A DNA stretch of 64,000 nt. It comes from Octopus vulgaris (taxonomy: Eukaryota). The stretch lies in assembly GCA_951406725.2 (NCBI GenBank), contig OX597830.1, forward strand, positions 9,920,001-9,984,000, written 5' to 3'. Positions 14,194 to 27,888 of the stretch are shown piece after piece. Numbering within the stretch: the stretch's first letter is position 1; every line of letters starts with the position of its first letter. The notes beneath the pieces are model-generated. The model was not told the DNA's origin and made no database searches. It was given only the letters and a program-made list of their open reading frames with translations. A program made the translations under genes and the position numbers.

Positions 14194-14553
14194 AAGGCAG
14201 GCAGAAAAGTTAGCACGCCGGACAAAATGCTTTATCGACGTTTCGTCCGTCATTGCATCTCGAGTTCAAACGTTGAATAATAAAAACGGCAAACTGGCCG
14301 AATCGTTACCGCACAGCAGAAAATATCTAGCGACATTTCTTCCGGTTCAAATGCTGCTAACGTCAACTTTGCCTTTGATATTTTCGGGGTCGATAGAATA
14401 AGTAAGAAATGGGCATAATGGCCGTACTATTGACTTTGTACCAAAATTACAAAAAAACAAACAAAGCAATATTTAAAATGTGAAGAACATTATAACATGC
14501 TTTCCTTCACAATTTTGCCTCTAAGTAGGAGGCCGATCAAAATTATCACTAAA

Positions 14554-14945
14554 CTAGCAGTATAGCCCGGCATTGTTCGGGTTTGTTTCGACCCTTTAGA
14601 ATTGGAATTTTTGAAAAGTAAAACTTTTGCATTATGTAGCTTGTTATTCTCTCTAAGTTAACATTTTTCTGGTTGAAATACACCGAAAAATGGCGACACA
14701 GCAATAAAAAAATCGCAAAAAATAAGGATTTTCATAGAAAAAAAAGCACTTTTTATATGTAAATACTTTTTGGTGTTAACATGGTCCGATTTAATTTTTT
14801 TTTCTACGGAAGGAAGAGCAAGCCTTCTTCTATCATACTCTCAATTTTGGTCAACTTGCACTGCAGGGTCTCAGAGGAGATAGCCTTAGTTGAAGGCTAC
14901 CAAACCTGCCATACACAGACAACTTCAGCTTTATGTATATAGAGA
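14554..14945 (-). mobile_element. Non-autonomous Helitron (about 392 bp)
   Basis: Minus strand starts A|TCTCTATATACATAAAGCTGAAGTTG and ends CCCGAACAATGCCGGGCTATACTGCTAG|T; termini nearly identical to 4405-4800. Confidence 0.85.
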
Positions 14946-15744
14946 TTAAGAGAAAATGAAATCATGAAATCATATTCATATATACTGATCTGACTTGATT
15001 TTCTCGTGTTACATTATCTTATGCAATTTATTTTAAAGAGCAAATGTCCAGTATGTTTTCAATTTTCGTTTGACTCTCTTCAGCTATAATCCTAATGACA
15101 GACTTTAACTGAGACATAAATTTGCTACATGATCCAGGTACATAGAATATTCTAAAACACTAACGTTACTATTCTAGAAGTTTACAAACATAATATAAAC
15201 CCTATCAGCTACACCCAAATAACATTGATTCTGTCTCGAATTTTTCCATTTTTTTATTTTTTATTTTTTGTCTCCTTTTGTAACAATAACTTTTTATTGC
15301 AGTGTTGGTGTCCACTGTCTGCGCTGTCTGGTTTGCTATTCAACAAATACTGTACTAGTAAACACTTCGCTTCTATACAGTAGACTTGAAGACTTCTGTT
15401 ACAGAGATTAAAATGACAATATGTTTATAAGAGATACGTGAGGTCTATATTTTGTTTTCTCAATTGAAACTTTAGCCTCAAAGTTTAACGCTTTCGCTTG
15501 TTTTTTTTTCTTCGGTTTTGCTGAAGCTATTAATATTTGAAACATTCATTTTATGGCCGTATTTCTCCCAATAATGATATCTGTGTGACAGAAGTATATG
15601 AAACAATACAAAAATCCCTTTGTCTCGTGGGTATACGTGATACGCTAAGTTATAACAGTTTAGCTTTATCGATGCAATATATACATATATACATAACCAC
15701 ATAGTCTTTCTCTCTCTCTCTCGCTCTCTCCTTTTCTCTTTCCG

Positions 15745-15787
<43 letters not shown>

Positions 15788-15904
15788 GGGTAGGTGGGTG
15801 CAGGTATGTGTTTCTGGGTATATATATATGCATGTATGAGTATATACGTATATATGTTTATTTATATATACATATATATATATATGTGTATGTACAAATC
15901 TTTG

Positions 15905-15979
<75 letters not shown>

Positions 15980-17437
15980 GTCTGTCTGTCTGTCTGTGTA
16001 TTTGTGTGCGTGTAAGTAAGTAAGTATGAATCTCTGGAAAACAGTGTATGAGAAAATCTATAAATTTAATCGAGACAGACATATGTGTGTTTTTATGTAT
16101 GTATGTATGTATGTATGTATGTATGAATATATACAAACACAAACACGCATATACGCATGCATATACGTATATATATATATATATATATACATGGATATAC
16201 ACTTTCCCACATATGCAAACATGCACACTCATGCACATTTACTTTCGTTTTTACATTAACGGTGGTTATTAGGAAAACTTGAAACAAATATAATCTTGTT
16301 AATCTACACGTTGTAACGTCTATATCGCTGAAATAAAAGAAATTGAAAATATTTTGTATTTCTTTTCGGATACAGGAAAATAAGGAGATTACTTTGATAG
16401 GCTTAGATAATTCAAGTAACAAGAGAATAATGATATCATTTTGCTATTGTTTCTTTCTAAAAACGTAGCCATAAAGGACATGTTAAATAGTAATGTCTAC
16501 AGTTTTAATTTAATGATCGCTTAGTGCCTCTAAGTAGTTAATTCCAACTCGACAGAGCTTTGCATACGCCAGCAAATTCATTATTTGCTGTTTATATAAA
16601 GAATGGCAGTTATTCGTGAGATCTGAACCACAGGTTCGGTGTCTGTAGTTGCCGAAATTCAGAAACATACGCCCTACAGTGCGATGACATCATCCTTAAC
16701 CCGGCTTGGTTTGTTTTCACTCATACTGTCTACAAGGAGAATTTCTCCCCCGTGACACTTACCAAAGCGATGTTTTCCATGCTTGAGTGTGTGCGCGCGT
16801 GTGTATGTACGTATGTGTGTGTGTGTCTAGTTAAATAGATATATGATGGGATGTACCTATGTGAAACACAACAAACTTCAAAGATAGATTGCCACTGTCT
16901 GATGTAAAATCTGTTGATATCAAACACTCTAATGGTTGGTATAATGAACAGTTGCATGATATGATTTTCCATTACCCTGTTGAATCGATGCAGTGACTAA
17001 CAACATCCTCTGATAATTTAAGTCACACTAAGTAGCCTCGATCTGGTCCTTTTGCCCGCTCTAAATGTCAGACATATTTCCACGAAGTGTTACACGATCG
17101 TCTTAAAAATTTGGTACGCATTAATTAGATAGTGTAGTCTTAGGAAATGTAACATCGTCAAAGGATGTTTGGGCTCAACTGGTGGTGGCCGTGACTGTGA
17201 GCTGCTCAATTCCAAAAATCAACTTCAGCAGAATCTTAATATGAATTATACATAGTTTGATGTATATTTATGCTAGGTGTGACTTTCACTCTCTCTTTCT
17301 TTCCTTCTTCTCCTCTATATACTTTTTAATGTGCGACTGGAGAATGAATGAACCTAGCAGCCAGTCAATCAACCAGTCAACATTTATATCAGATATTATT
17401 AGATTATTATACGGACACTAGAAACGACAGCTATTAT

Positions 17438-17590
17438 TCCCTTGGATAACACCGATAGCGTGGAGAGGGGAGGCTGGCATGGATGGACGATTGCTGGTCT
17501 TCTATAAAACAACGTTGCCGTGACTTGTACCTCGGAGAGTATCTTTCTAGGTGCAATCCCATAGTCATTCAAGACTGAAGTGTGTCTTTA
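17438..17590 (+). mobile_element. SINE family D, 3' fragment
   Basis: Homologous to the reverse complement of about 55045-55175 (GGTCTTC.ATAAAACAAC.TTGCC..CTTTCTAGGTGCAATCCC). Confidence 0.7.
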
Positions 17591-19874
17591 TGTATATTTG
17601 AATCATAAAATTATAGACAAATCCGTTTAATTTTAGCAACGGTAGTGTCCCATATTTCTGCATGCAAATCTCACCATCATCGTCATCATCATCTTCATCA
17701 TCATCATCACCATTATCATTCTCTTCTTTATCATTATCATCACCATCGTAATCCTTCTCCTCATTGTCATTTATCAGCCATTTTTCACGCTTGTATGGAC
17801 TGGAAGGTTTGACAGGATCCAACTGGCTGAGAACTGCACTGCACTGTGCAACATTGTCTGCTTTTTTGGCAAGGTTCCCACGACTGTATGCTCTTCTTAA
17901 TGCCAATCACTTCTCAGAATGTCCTAAGTTTTCCTGTTTATTTATTCGTCACACTAGTGGCACCAGCACTAGTGAGGTAACCCTGTAGCTTGCATGACTT
18001 AAGATCTCCTTCGACTGCATGGGTCTACAGAAGAAAGTTAGACAAATTTATGCTTGGAGACAAGGGGTTAAAGTATGAAATAAGAGGCCAGAAGATAACA
18101 AGCTTCTTGCTAAGAATCGTTTAGCAACATTTCACACCTAGATTCAAACTCGAATTTAACAACCTATTGCCATATGCAATCATTCTACATCACATGTCAT
18201 TTCAACCCTATATACAACGCAATTACTTCCTTGTGTAATATTCCCACACCTCAGCGTATCCAACATTACACATCCCTTTACATAATTACTGCTAATATGG
18301 GCGTGGTTTCAAATTATTCTCTTTTATGTAAGTTAGACGCTTTCAAAAGAAAAAGCAAAAAGTAAAACGAAAATGGTGTTCTGAAACATGGCCCATTAAA
18401 GTATTGTACGTTATTTCAATCAACCTATTTTTTCAGCCCACACATTGTATCAACCCAACCACCGCCGACCAACAATTAAAATAGTTAAAATATTTAGTGC
18501 AAGTCAAGTTAATCATTTCTTATGTTAAAACATGTATTCACTGGTTGATGAAACATTGATGCGAGATTAAACTGAAAACCCACTGGTTCAGAAACTAATA
18601 TTTTAAAGACTATCAACAGTTTAATCTGAGAGCAGTAATAGAATAACCGACGGCATGTTCGACCCTAAACTAGGATTATGTTAACCAGAAGTTAATAAAA
18701 ATATAATAAAATAGCATTTGTTCATCACGTAAAACAGAAAAAAATCGCTTTTTTGTTGGTTTTTCTCTCACTTTTTCCCAGTACATTTTCACAGTTCTTA
18801 TGTGTTGAACCATTTATTTCACAGAAACTTAACCAGTTAATTGAATTTTCTTCATCAATCGTGTTGGCTATAAGTTAAGATTGGTTTGCAATTTATTGTA
18901 AAAATTACAAACAGGAAGGAAATAACCGTATATTTTAAAAAATGAAAGAACCAAAAACAGGAATTTGATCTCATTAGCACATTATTAATTTTGTTTTCTA
19001 TGTCATGCTATCAGCACATGTGGTAAGTATAAATTTAACTCTCTGTGTCGTTAACAATATTAACAAAGTAACTTTTAGTGAGTTTGTCATAAGTTTAGAT
19101 ACAATATTGACCTGTCAAACCACAACTCTGATATCATTAGTTAAATCTTAGCGAAGCTGTTATTTCGACAGAGATGTGGGATGTTTTGGCGTCTATTTAT
19201 CAAAGTCAACATGATATTCTTCCATTTCTGTAATTGCTGAAATTATCGTTACTTATTCCTATTCCGGGGGCTTAGTGACCTTGATAAAAATTAAAGATTT
19301 CAGCCTCAAATAACATCTCTTCCTGTCATTGCAATTATGGGTTCCTGGCGTTCGTACAAACAATTTTCTAGTGCTCCGACAGGGACAGTGAGACAAATAA
19401 GTGTTAGATTTTTTCTTTTTATCAAAATATGCCACTTTTCTTTAGAAGAGAAGAGGAAGTCATAAGCCAAAGGAGTAAATCTTGAGAACAGATCATTTGT
19501 TACATTGGACATTGTAGATAAGAAATTGTAATTGCTGATCTCAGTTTCAATCCTCCGTTTGAGCTGCTTCAAATCTGTAACCTATGTTATTTAGGAAGAT
19601 AAAAATATCTCTCCTCATATAACATACGTCTATATTTGAAGCTTAAAATTTCAAAGCTGTTAAACGAGTACCGTAGTTTTCTAATTAAATTGTACAGATG
19701 ATGAATCTAGGAATACGGCCGCAGTATATATTGGGGGAATTGCCAAGAGTATAATGGAAAGAATGGATACATTTTGGAACGAGTACGCTTATAAGAAACT
19801 GTTGTGGCAAGTCATTGACACCCCTGGGAAATTGGAAGAATAGACTAGCCGAACTCTCATAAAGAGTAACATAT

Positions 19875-21640
19875 TGGTTCGGGAGAATTCGGTCGTTTCA
19901 GTCGATGTTAGTTCCGCGTTGAACTTGCACCGAACCCGGTGTGCTAGTTTCGCGTTAAACTCGCACCGAACACTTAAGTTGCCATAATGGTAGTTATCCG
20001 AATTACTGTGTTGGTCCCGTCGCTAGAATGTGGTAGGGGTTCGATTTCCGTGCTCACAATATATCGGATGCAGCTGTGCAGTGTTAGCCAGCTAGAGGTG
20101 ATGTCTTCCTGGGGTTAAAAAATCGCACTAAAATCCTTTCGAGTGATAAGAAGATTGCTTAGTACCTACAGTGGAGGAGGCAGTAAAGTACTCCACTGTA
20201 ACATTGAAAACATAAGAATGGGCACTCCTGCCAACCTACCTCGGTAAATGAGTAGCGAGGGTGAGGATTGTCAGGGTCCACCTGAGATTAACGAGATGTG
20301 GCTGCTTGCAGCTATCTTAATAGAGTCAAAGGAGGAACCAGGGGTGCTGCAGATAAACTGCACCAAACAATTGAACTACTGAGCATACGGCCTAGAAGTT
20401 ATAATCCAGGCCACCTCAATGGACTTAGAGGAAATTACCGAAGAGATAGAGCTACCAGATGATATGAAACTGGGAATGGTAGTAGAGGGAAGACCTCCCA
20501 CCTGCTATCACTGCAGAAAGGGGTACATAAGGGCGAATTGTCCCCTTTTTAACAGCCAGACACCAAAAGAGGAGATACAAGAAGGAAATAACAAAGACGA
20601 TGAATTAAAAGAGAATACAGAAGAAGTAAATGTAAAAAGCAGAGATGAAGGATTCCAGGAAGTAGAAAATAGAAAGAGGAAGGACTTTAAAAACACCCCG
20701 CCTCCGAAGAACTCAAAAAAGAAGAAAAAGAAGGGGGTGAGGAGCATACAAGCACCCACACATCATATTCCATTAAGGTAAAAATACAAAAATATCCCAG
20801 ACAACCCAGAATATCCACAAGCACACTCAGATAGACCAGCATCTCCAGTTAAGTCAACTCAAACACACACAGGCAGCCCAGAATCTCCAGTAAAATGCAC
20901 ACATACAGATACACATGCAGACACACAAGCATTATAGGCCAATAATAAGAATAGGGGGTGTCTAACGTAGTATTGGTCAAACCCGGCCATTGAGGAAAAA
21001 TTACAAAATGAAGTCGGGAATGAGAATTATAGAGGAGGACGATTGACGCGTACCAAGCATGGAGTGCATATTAATAGACATAAACAATTACAAAATATAA
21101 AAGGCAAGCTTTGGCGATGACGTGAACCCACTAGGACGAGAGGTGAGATACGATTGTCTACCACCTGTGATGGAATTTGAACAAGTGAGACCATATTTTA
21201 TATATTGAGACAAATTAATTTGATAAATATTGGTATAAAAAAATGGAGACAAAATAAAGTTAAAATGGTACTACACGAGAGGGGGGTTGAGTAGCCATTG
21301 CACCTTCATTCATTGGCAGAAACGTTAGCACGCCGGGCGAAATGCGTAGCCGTATTTCGTCTGCCGTTACGGTCTGAGTTCAAATTCCGCCGAGGTCGAC
21401 TTTGCCTTTCATCCTTTCGACGTCGATAAAGTACCAGTTGTTCACTGGGGTCGATGTAATCGAATTAATCCGTTTGTCTATTCTTGTTTGTCATCTCTGT
21501 GTTTAGCCCCTTGTGGGTAATAAAGAAATGTATATAAATTCATTTTATGCATTCGTTTGTGTTTTATGTCCCCATTTGTGTTGTATTGTCGGTCCTTGTG
21601 CTGCCCCCTCTGTGTTCCGACTGTGTGCCCAATAAAGAAA
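19875..21640 (+). mobile_element. ORF1-only non-LTR element (L1/Tx1-like ORF1 with a degenerate CCHC zinc knuckle), decayed
   Basis: ORF 20419..20781 VVEGRPPTCYHCRKGYIRANCP followed by acidic/basic low-complexity sequence; GC-richer 5' region with a 29-bp direct repeat (about 19907-19972); 3' end with a T/G-rich tail and AATAAAGAAA. No RT or endonuclease motifs seen. Confidence 0.65.
21315..21529 (+). mobile_element. SINE family A inserted in the ORF1-only element
   Basis: TGGCAGAAACGTTAGCACGCCGGGCGAAATGC..GAGTTCAAATTCCGCCGAGGTCGAC..AATAAAGAAAT. Confidence 0.9.
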
Positions 21641-21650
21641 CAGATCGGTA

Positions 21651-21787
21651 GGAGTCGTTGAGAAGCCGTTAGGAGTCGTTGAGAGAGTATTTTGGAGTCG
21701 TTGAGAGAGTATTTTGGAGTCGTTGAGAGAGTATTTTGGAGTCGTTGAGAGAGTATTTTGGAGTCGTTGAGAGAGTATTTTGGAGTC
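21651..21787. repeat. Minisatellite, 21-22-bp unit GGAGTCGTTGAGAGAGTATTTT, about 6.5 copies
   Basis: Visible contiguous tandem copies with no spacers. Confidence 0.95.
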
Positions 21788-22449
21788 TTGTGAATACCTT
21801 GAGTGAATATACTGATTTTACCCCCGTTATCGTTAAATTATATATTCAACGTTTGTCTAGGTTATAAAAGAAACCTGCGTCAGTATTTTATCAAGATGCT
21901 AAGGAAGAACATGGCGGCATGCTAAATCACAAATCAATAGCTTTCCGATACTTCCAGATGACAGAGCTTTACCACAGATTCGGGAACTGACACTAATAAA
22001 CGTATGAAAACAATCTTTTAATTAAAAACAAATTGCTGTTAAAATGCAGAAATCAAATCACCGCAAACACCACACTGATGTATTAAGCACATATTTATGT
22101 GTAATGTTTCTGTGTGTGTGTGTGTTTGTGTATGTATGTGTATAACAATATACTTTGCGTACATGGGGGGAGGTGGGGTGGATCACTACTAGAATTCCTT
22201 ATTTTTTCGAGTTATTGGAATAAATGATGAGGTGTCTTTAAATTGTAATTCGATCCGCGCCATCGCTTAATCAAGTCACACTGCTGGACAATATGCGCAC
22301 ACATATACACACCTACACACACACGCACTCACTCACACACGCACACACACACACACATGTACAGATACACACATACACGTACACACACACACACACAGAG
22401 TGCAGTCAAAAACACAGGAGAACTAACTATGGCATAGAGGTTGACTAAA

Positions 22450-22927
22450 GCGGTGAGCTGGCAGAAACGTTAGCACGCCGGGCGAAATGCTGAGCAGAAT
22501 TTCGTCTGTCTTTATGTTTTGAGTTCAAATTCCCCCGAGGTCGACTTTGCCTTTCATCCTTTCGGGGTCGATAAATTAAGTACCAGTTATGTACTGGAGT
22601 CGATATAATCCATTTGTCTGTCTTTGTTTGTCCCCTCTGTGTTTATCCCCTTGTGGGTAGTAAAGAAATAGGTATTCCGTCTGCCGCTACGTGCTGAGTT
22701 CAAATTCTGCCGAGGTAGACTTCGCCTTGCATTCTTTTGATCTCGATAAATTAAGGGAATTTTTCCATTTCATGGGCAGCTCGATTAATTAATTTTCTTA
22801 AAATTAATTAATCGAGCTGCCCATGAAAAGATCCAAATTAAGCACCAGTTGCGTACTGGAGCCGATCTAATCGACTGGCCCCCTCCCCCAAAATTTTGGG
22901 CCTTGTGCCTAGAGTAGAAAAGAATAT
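22450..22927 (+). mobile_element. SINE family A nested/dimeric copy, interrupted by a hairpin MITE
   Basis: Head, core, tail 1 (..AGTAAAGAAATA) fused to GGTATTCCGTCTG, second core, tail 2 (..GCCTAGAGTAGAAAAGAATA). Confidence 0.88.
22756..22834. mobile_element. 79-bp hairpin MITE with 8-bp TSD
   Basis: Perfect 29-bp inverted arms 22768-22796 / 22800-22828; AAATTAAG duplicated at 22748-22755 and 22835-22842, where uninterrupted SINE copies have it once; termini GGA..TCC. Confidence 0.85.
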
Positions 22928-23050
22928 TTAGTAGTTTAATTTTGTCATTATTAACTCTGACTAATTCTAGAGGACATTTTATGTCATAAATCGCAACTTT
23001 TGAGCCACAAAAATATTGACTGTTTTGAATTTTTTTCTTTGCATTTCCCA

Positions 23051-23101
<51 letters not shown>

Positions 23102-23413
23102 CATTCGTTGATATTTCATACGCATTCGCATTTGGTACTCTAGTTCCAAAAAATGCTGAAATTTTTTTTTTCGCAATTGAATAGAAAATGATAAATATGA
23201 TTGTTTTCAGAGATCCCTATTTGGGACTTTTCGAAAATTTTATCATAATTTCCAAAATAAATCATATATGAAGAGAATTTAAATACTATATATTATTCTA
23301 ACGCCTAAGATACCTGGCAAAGCTAAAAAATATGAACAAAATTTGGCAGTAAATGGATCAAAAATGTTTTAAAATAACCTTGCCAATTTGGAACAATTTG
23401 ATCACATACGCCA

Positions 23414-23680
23414 TGAAGGCGCATGTTGCATTTATGGTCAAGCGATCGTGGGTTCTATTCCCGAACAGAGCGGCTCGTTGTGTTCTTGAGCAAACATTTC
23501 GTTTCATTTCGCACCAGTCCACTTGGCTGTAAAGGAGTAAGCCTGCGACAGACCAGCCTTCCGATCAAGGGGAACATTCACCGTTTTGCCTAGCCAGCGC
23601 TGGTGGCATCATTCGAAAGCTCAACGATCCGAAGCCTATGTGACCATCCGGTAGTCTAGTCCATGTAATCACCTGATGTA
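23414..23680 (+). mobile_element. Decayed tRNA-derived SINE (family D-related head)
   Basis: GGGTTCTATTCCC B-box-like, GTTGTGTTCTTGAGCAA, CCAGTCCACTTGGCTGTAAA; similar to the head at about 55220-55355 (minus). Confidence 0.6.
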
Positions 23681-24516
23681 ATGTTCAATCATTTTGATGC
23701 TACACTTCACAGTATGGCTTCCACTTCATTTTTCACGAAGCTAGATTTCGAAATGGTTTAAAGGAAGACTTGTAGTGTTTCTGCCAATTTGATACAATAA
23801 AATCTGTTTGATGCCACACTTAACAATATGGTTTAGCGTTTCAGCCATCACACGTCTAGATTTCTCTTTCTAATATTTATTTAAAATCAAATACAATATA
23901 TCTAGTTTCCAAACATTTTTAAGAGAAACAAAGAAAGCCTTACTTCCAGGGATTTCATGTGACATAATTGGACAGTGAAACAAACACAGAGAGGAATTTA
24001 GTTCACTTCTTAAATATCTGATGCAAAAGTATAAAAGACTTTCCTCCCGATCTCTCCCCTTCCAACGATATCATGTTTTTTTTTATTCATATCAAAGAAA
24101 CTTCGACGTTTCTCCAATATATATTTTATTACGCAATTCCTCTGGGATTTGAACGAAAAACTTCAGTCATGAAACAAAATGGCTTCGTTCAATGAGTAAC
24201 TTAAACTTGTCGATTATTTCTTTTTGTTTTACAGAGCCATTCGGCCAGAAAACTGTCGAAATATATTGAAGAAGACAGACAGCTACTGTTAGAAACAAAA
24301 ACCAAAGGAAACAAAAGTCTTTCAGTTTACTTTCAATCTAATTCCATAAAATAATGTGTGTATGTGTGTGCATGTGTGTATGTGTGCATGTGTGTATGTG
24401 TGCATTTATGTGTGCGTATATATGTGTATGTATGTATATGCATATATGCATATATATATGTATATATTGGTAGATTCATACATACATATATATCTATCTA
24501 TCTATCTATCAGTCTA

Positions 24517-24612
<96 letters not shown>

Positions 24613-24761
24613 CTTTGCCTACACAATACTGTAAGAGCATATCATTTCTTTTTTTTTTTTACAAAATAACTATAGAATAATATTTGAAGTTTTCGATGTA
24701 TATTGTTCCTTTAGCAAAACAATGAAGAAAAACAACCGTTCTTGGATTTGCATTATTATTA

Positions 24762-24828
<67 letters not shown>

Positions 24829-25527
24829 TATTAACCATAATAATTTCTGCTTTTTTTTTTCAAGAATTGTAATTACAGTCTATCTTTTCTAACGAAATTT
24901 TTTCTTCAACATGTTAGCCATTTTGCAGAAACTAGAGAAGTCAAAATGATATGAGTTCTAAATACATGAACATGTAATCCCATGGTGAATGAAAAAGGAA
25001 AAAGAAAAACAAGGATTACATGTAATATTAAAGTAATAATTATACACGAGGAAAAAAAAAGTTTACCTAAGTATTTTATTATATTTATAATAATGTCTGA
25101 CAACAAAGAAAAAGTCGAACATTTATATAAGTCTTATGGTATTGAGTATTAGTGAGGATTAAAGTATTTCCTGTCGACAAGTATGGAGAAATTATGTACA
25201 AATGAAAGAAGAAAAAAAACCATTCCACGTAGTTCTAAATCATCACCGATGTACGTTGTAAGAACATGCATTTAGCTTAAAACGCTAATGCGATTGGCGA
25301 CTTTAAATGCACACCAGCTTACCAGACTGGTGTGATGTGAATGTGTGTGTATGTGTGTGTGAATATATGTGTGTATGTGTATGTATGTATAAACATATAC
25401 ATATGCTATATATATACCTGTGTGAGTATATATGTATGTCTCTCTCTATATATATATATATACGTGTGTAAATATATATATGTATACATACATTTATATA
25501 TAAATATACATATATGTATGTATACAT

Positions 25528-25575
<48 letters not shown>

Positions 25576-25644
25576 ACATATTTATATATATAAATATGTA
25601 TACAGATGTGTGTGTATTTGTGTATGTGTGTAGTTATATACATA

Positions 25645-25805
25645 AGGTGTGGCTGCGTGAAAACAACCTTGCTTCCCAAACACATGGTTCCGGGTTCAGT
25701 CCCACTTTGTGTCATCTTGGGCAAGTGTACTCTACTATAGTTTCGGGCTGACCAAAGACTTGTGAGTGGATTTGGTAGAAGGAAACTGAAAGAAGCCTGT
25801 CGTAT
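25645..25805 (+). mobile_element. SINE family B, 5' half
   Basis: GGTTCCGGGTTCAGTCCCAC..CTTGGGCAAGTG..GGAAACTGAAAGAAGCCTGTCG. Confidence 0.85.
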
Positions 25806-26730
25806 ATATATAGAGAGAGATAGATAGATATAGATATAGATAGATAGACAGATAGATAGATAGGTAAAACATACTTGCAAAATGATGCGTGGCGTTCGAT
25901 CATATAATAATCTAAATAATATATAAATATATGCATATATACAAACATATATGTGTCATACTTACCTCTACATGTATATATATACATGCATATATGTGTA
26001 CAGGACATAAAAAAAACGTTAAACACGTGAAACGAAAACATAAAACAAAATCATGGAAACGAACTATTTTTCAAGCAACGAAAAAGCAGAGTACAAGACA
26101 TACAACACAAAAAATATTCCCTTTTTCGGTTGTGCCCGTTTCGTCTACTCCGCGTTCGAAGGTGAGGACAAGACGCAACTTCTTGAAATAATCCTTCCCG
26201 CAAAGTAAATTAAATACAATTTGGGATTTTTTTCCGAGGGGTAAAAGTGGTAACAAGAACAGGACAGTAAGAACAATTCAAGACATTAAAAACAATAAAA
26301 GTAAACACAGCAAAAGACAGAACAAAGAGAATAACACGGTAAAAACAAACGATGAGGGCTGTTAAGCTAAGACAAGGGAAAAATTATTTTGAACGCATTA
26401 AGGAGACAGCTTATTATGAGAGACAGGATAAGCAGTCTTGTCTCGGTGAAGATAGCAGTTGGAAAGATGGCTTCCCTCTGGTCACATGTCAGTGACGAGA
26501 GAGTCGAGGAGGAGGAGTAAGAGAGAGGGAACGGTAAAGAGGAGAGGAGAAGAATAGGGAAGGGTGGGAGAGAAAAACAGAAAGGATGAAGAACAAGAGA
26601 GGGAGAGAGATAGACAGAAGAGTGCACATCATAATTATTAAGTTAAAACTTACTTGGAAAAGGATGCGTGGCGTTCGATCATATAATAATATAAATAATA
26701 TATAAATATATGTATATATACATACATACA

Positions 26731-26897
26731 TAGGCGCAGGAGTAGCTGTGTGGTAAGTAGCTTGCTAACCAACCACATGATTCCGGGTTCAGTCCCACTG
26801 CGTGTCATCTTGGGCAAGTGTCTTCTGCTATAGCCCCGGGCCGACCAATGCCTTGTGAGTGGATTTGGTAGACGGAAACTGAAAGAAGCCTGTCGTA
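26731..26897 (+). mobile_element. SINE family B, 5' half
   Basis: AGGCGCAGGAGTAGCTGTGTGGTAAGTAGCTTGC.. ending in the internal (TA)n. Confidence 0.9.
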
Positions 26898-26998
<101 letters not shown>

Positions 26999-27824
26999 CT
27001 CTTCATGTAAATGTTTAGAAATATATGTCTGGGTGCATATATATAACCAGCTGCACAGGGACAGTACAGACACACAGATGCATACGGATGTGTACATATG
27101 AGCTAGAAACCCAAGCACGTATAAATACATAAACATGCATGTAATAGTGATCTGCTGATCCTTGAACATATTGAAATCAAATGAAATAAACATGAAGTTC
27201 CTCTCGGTTTTATATAGAGACACGTAAATAGCTAAATAAACAGAGACGAGAGCTTTCGTATACACCCACACGACCTGAAATTAAATAAATACACATTTAA
27301 CTATATACAACCTGAAATCCCATCCAGAAAATATATGTTATACATTCAAAGTGTAGAATGATATATTTGCTTTCTGATATTGTGGTTATACATTGTTCTC
27401 GAGGTGGATATCGTGACAGAGATTCCTGTAATGCGAGTGTTCGGAGTGCACCGTAATGGCGGATGTTGGAAAGGCGGGTAATATCATGGCGTAAACATTC
27501 GTTAGAAGCGTCATTCTGTGTTTTTATAAAGATTTATAGTGGACAACACAAGTATCATTAGCGTTTCATATTCGTATCATTAACACTTTCCTATTAGCAC
27601 ATTAAATTCCGCTCGTTAACACAACAAAATTAAACATCACAAGTGGCAATCTTCCTCTGTCTTTAAAGAACCGCAATATGCAATAATAATCTGCAATCTG
27701 TAACTAATAAATTATACATGAAATATTTATTACGTGAAACTTATTTCGTTTGTCTTTAATTTGTTACTAGTATTACTGAGTTTGCAATTATAATTTACGA
27801 ACTGCAACTATATATATATATATA

Positions 27825-27888
<64 letters not shown>

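Noticed and set aside
19306-19585. 88-aa ORF with a faint transposase C-terminus flavour (DLKQLKRRIETEI)
   Set aside because: Motifs are out of order and no TIRs found.
21651-21787. CRISPR-like appearance of short repeats
   Set aside because: Contiguous units with no unique spacers, no cas genes, eukaryotic context.
24215-24355. Possible exon after a strong acceptor TTTTTGTTTTACAG (SHSARKLSKYIEEDRQLLLE..)
   Set aside because: No recognisable homology, donor or partner exon; cannot be supported without RNA-seq.
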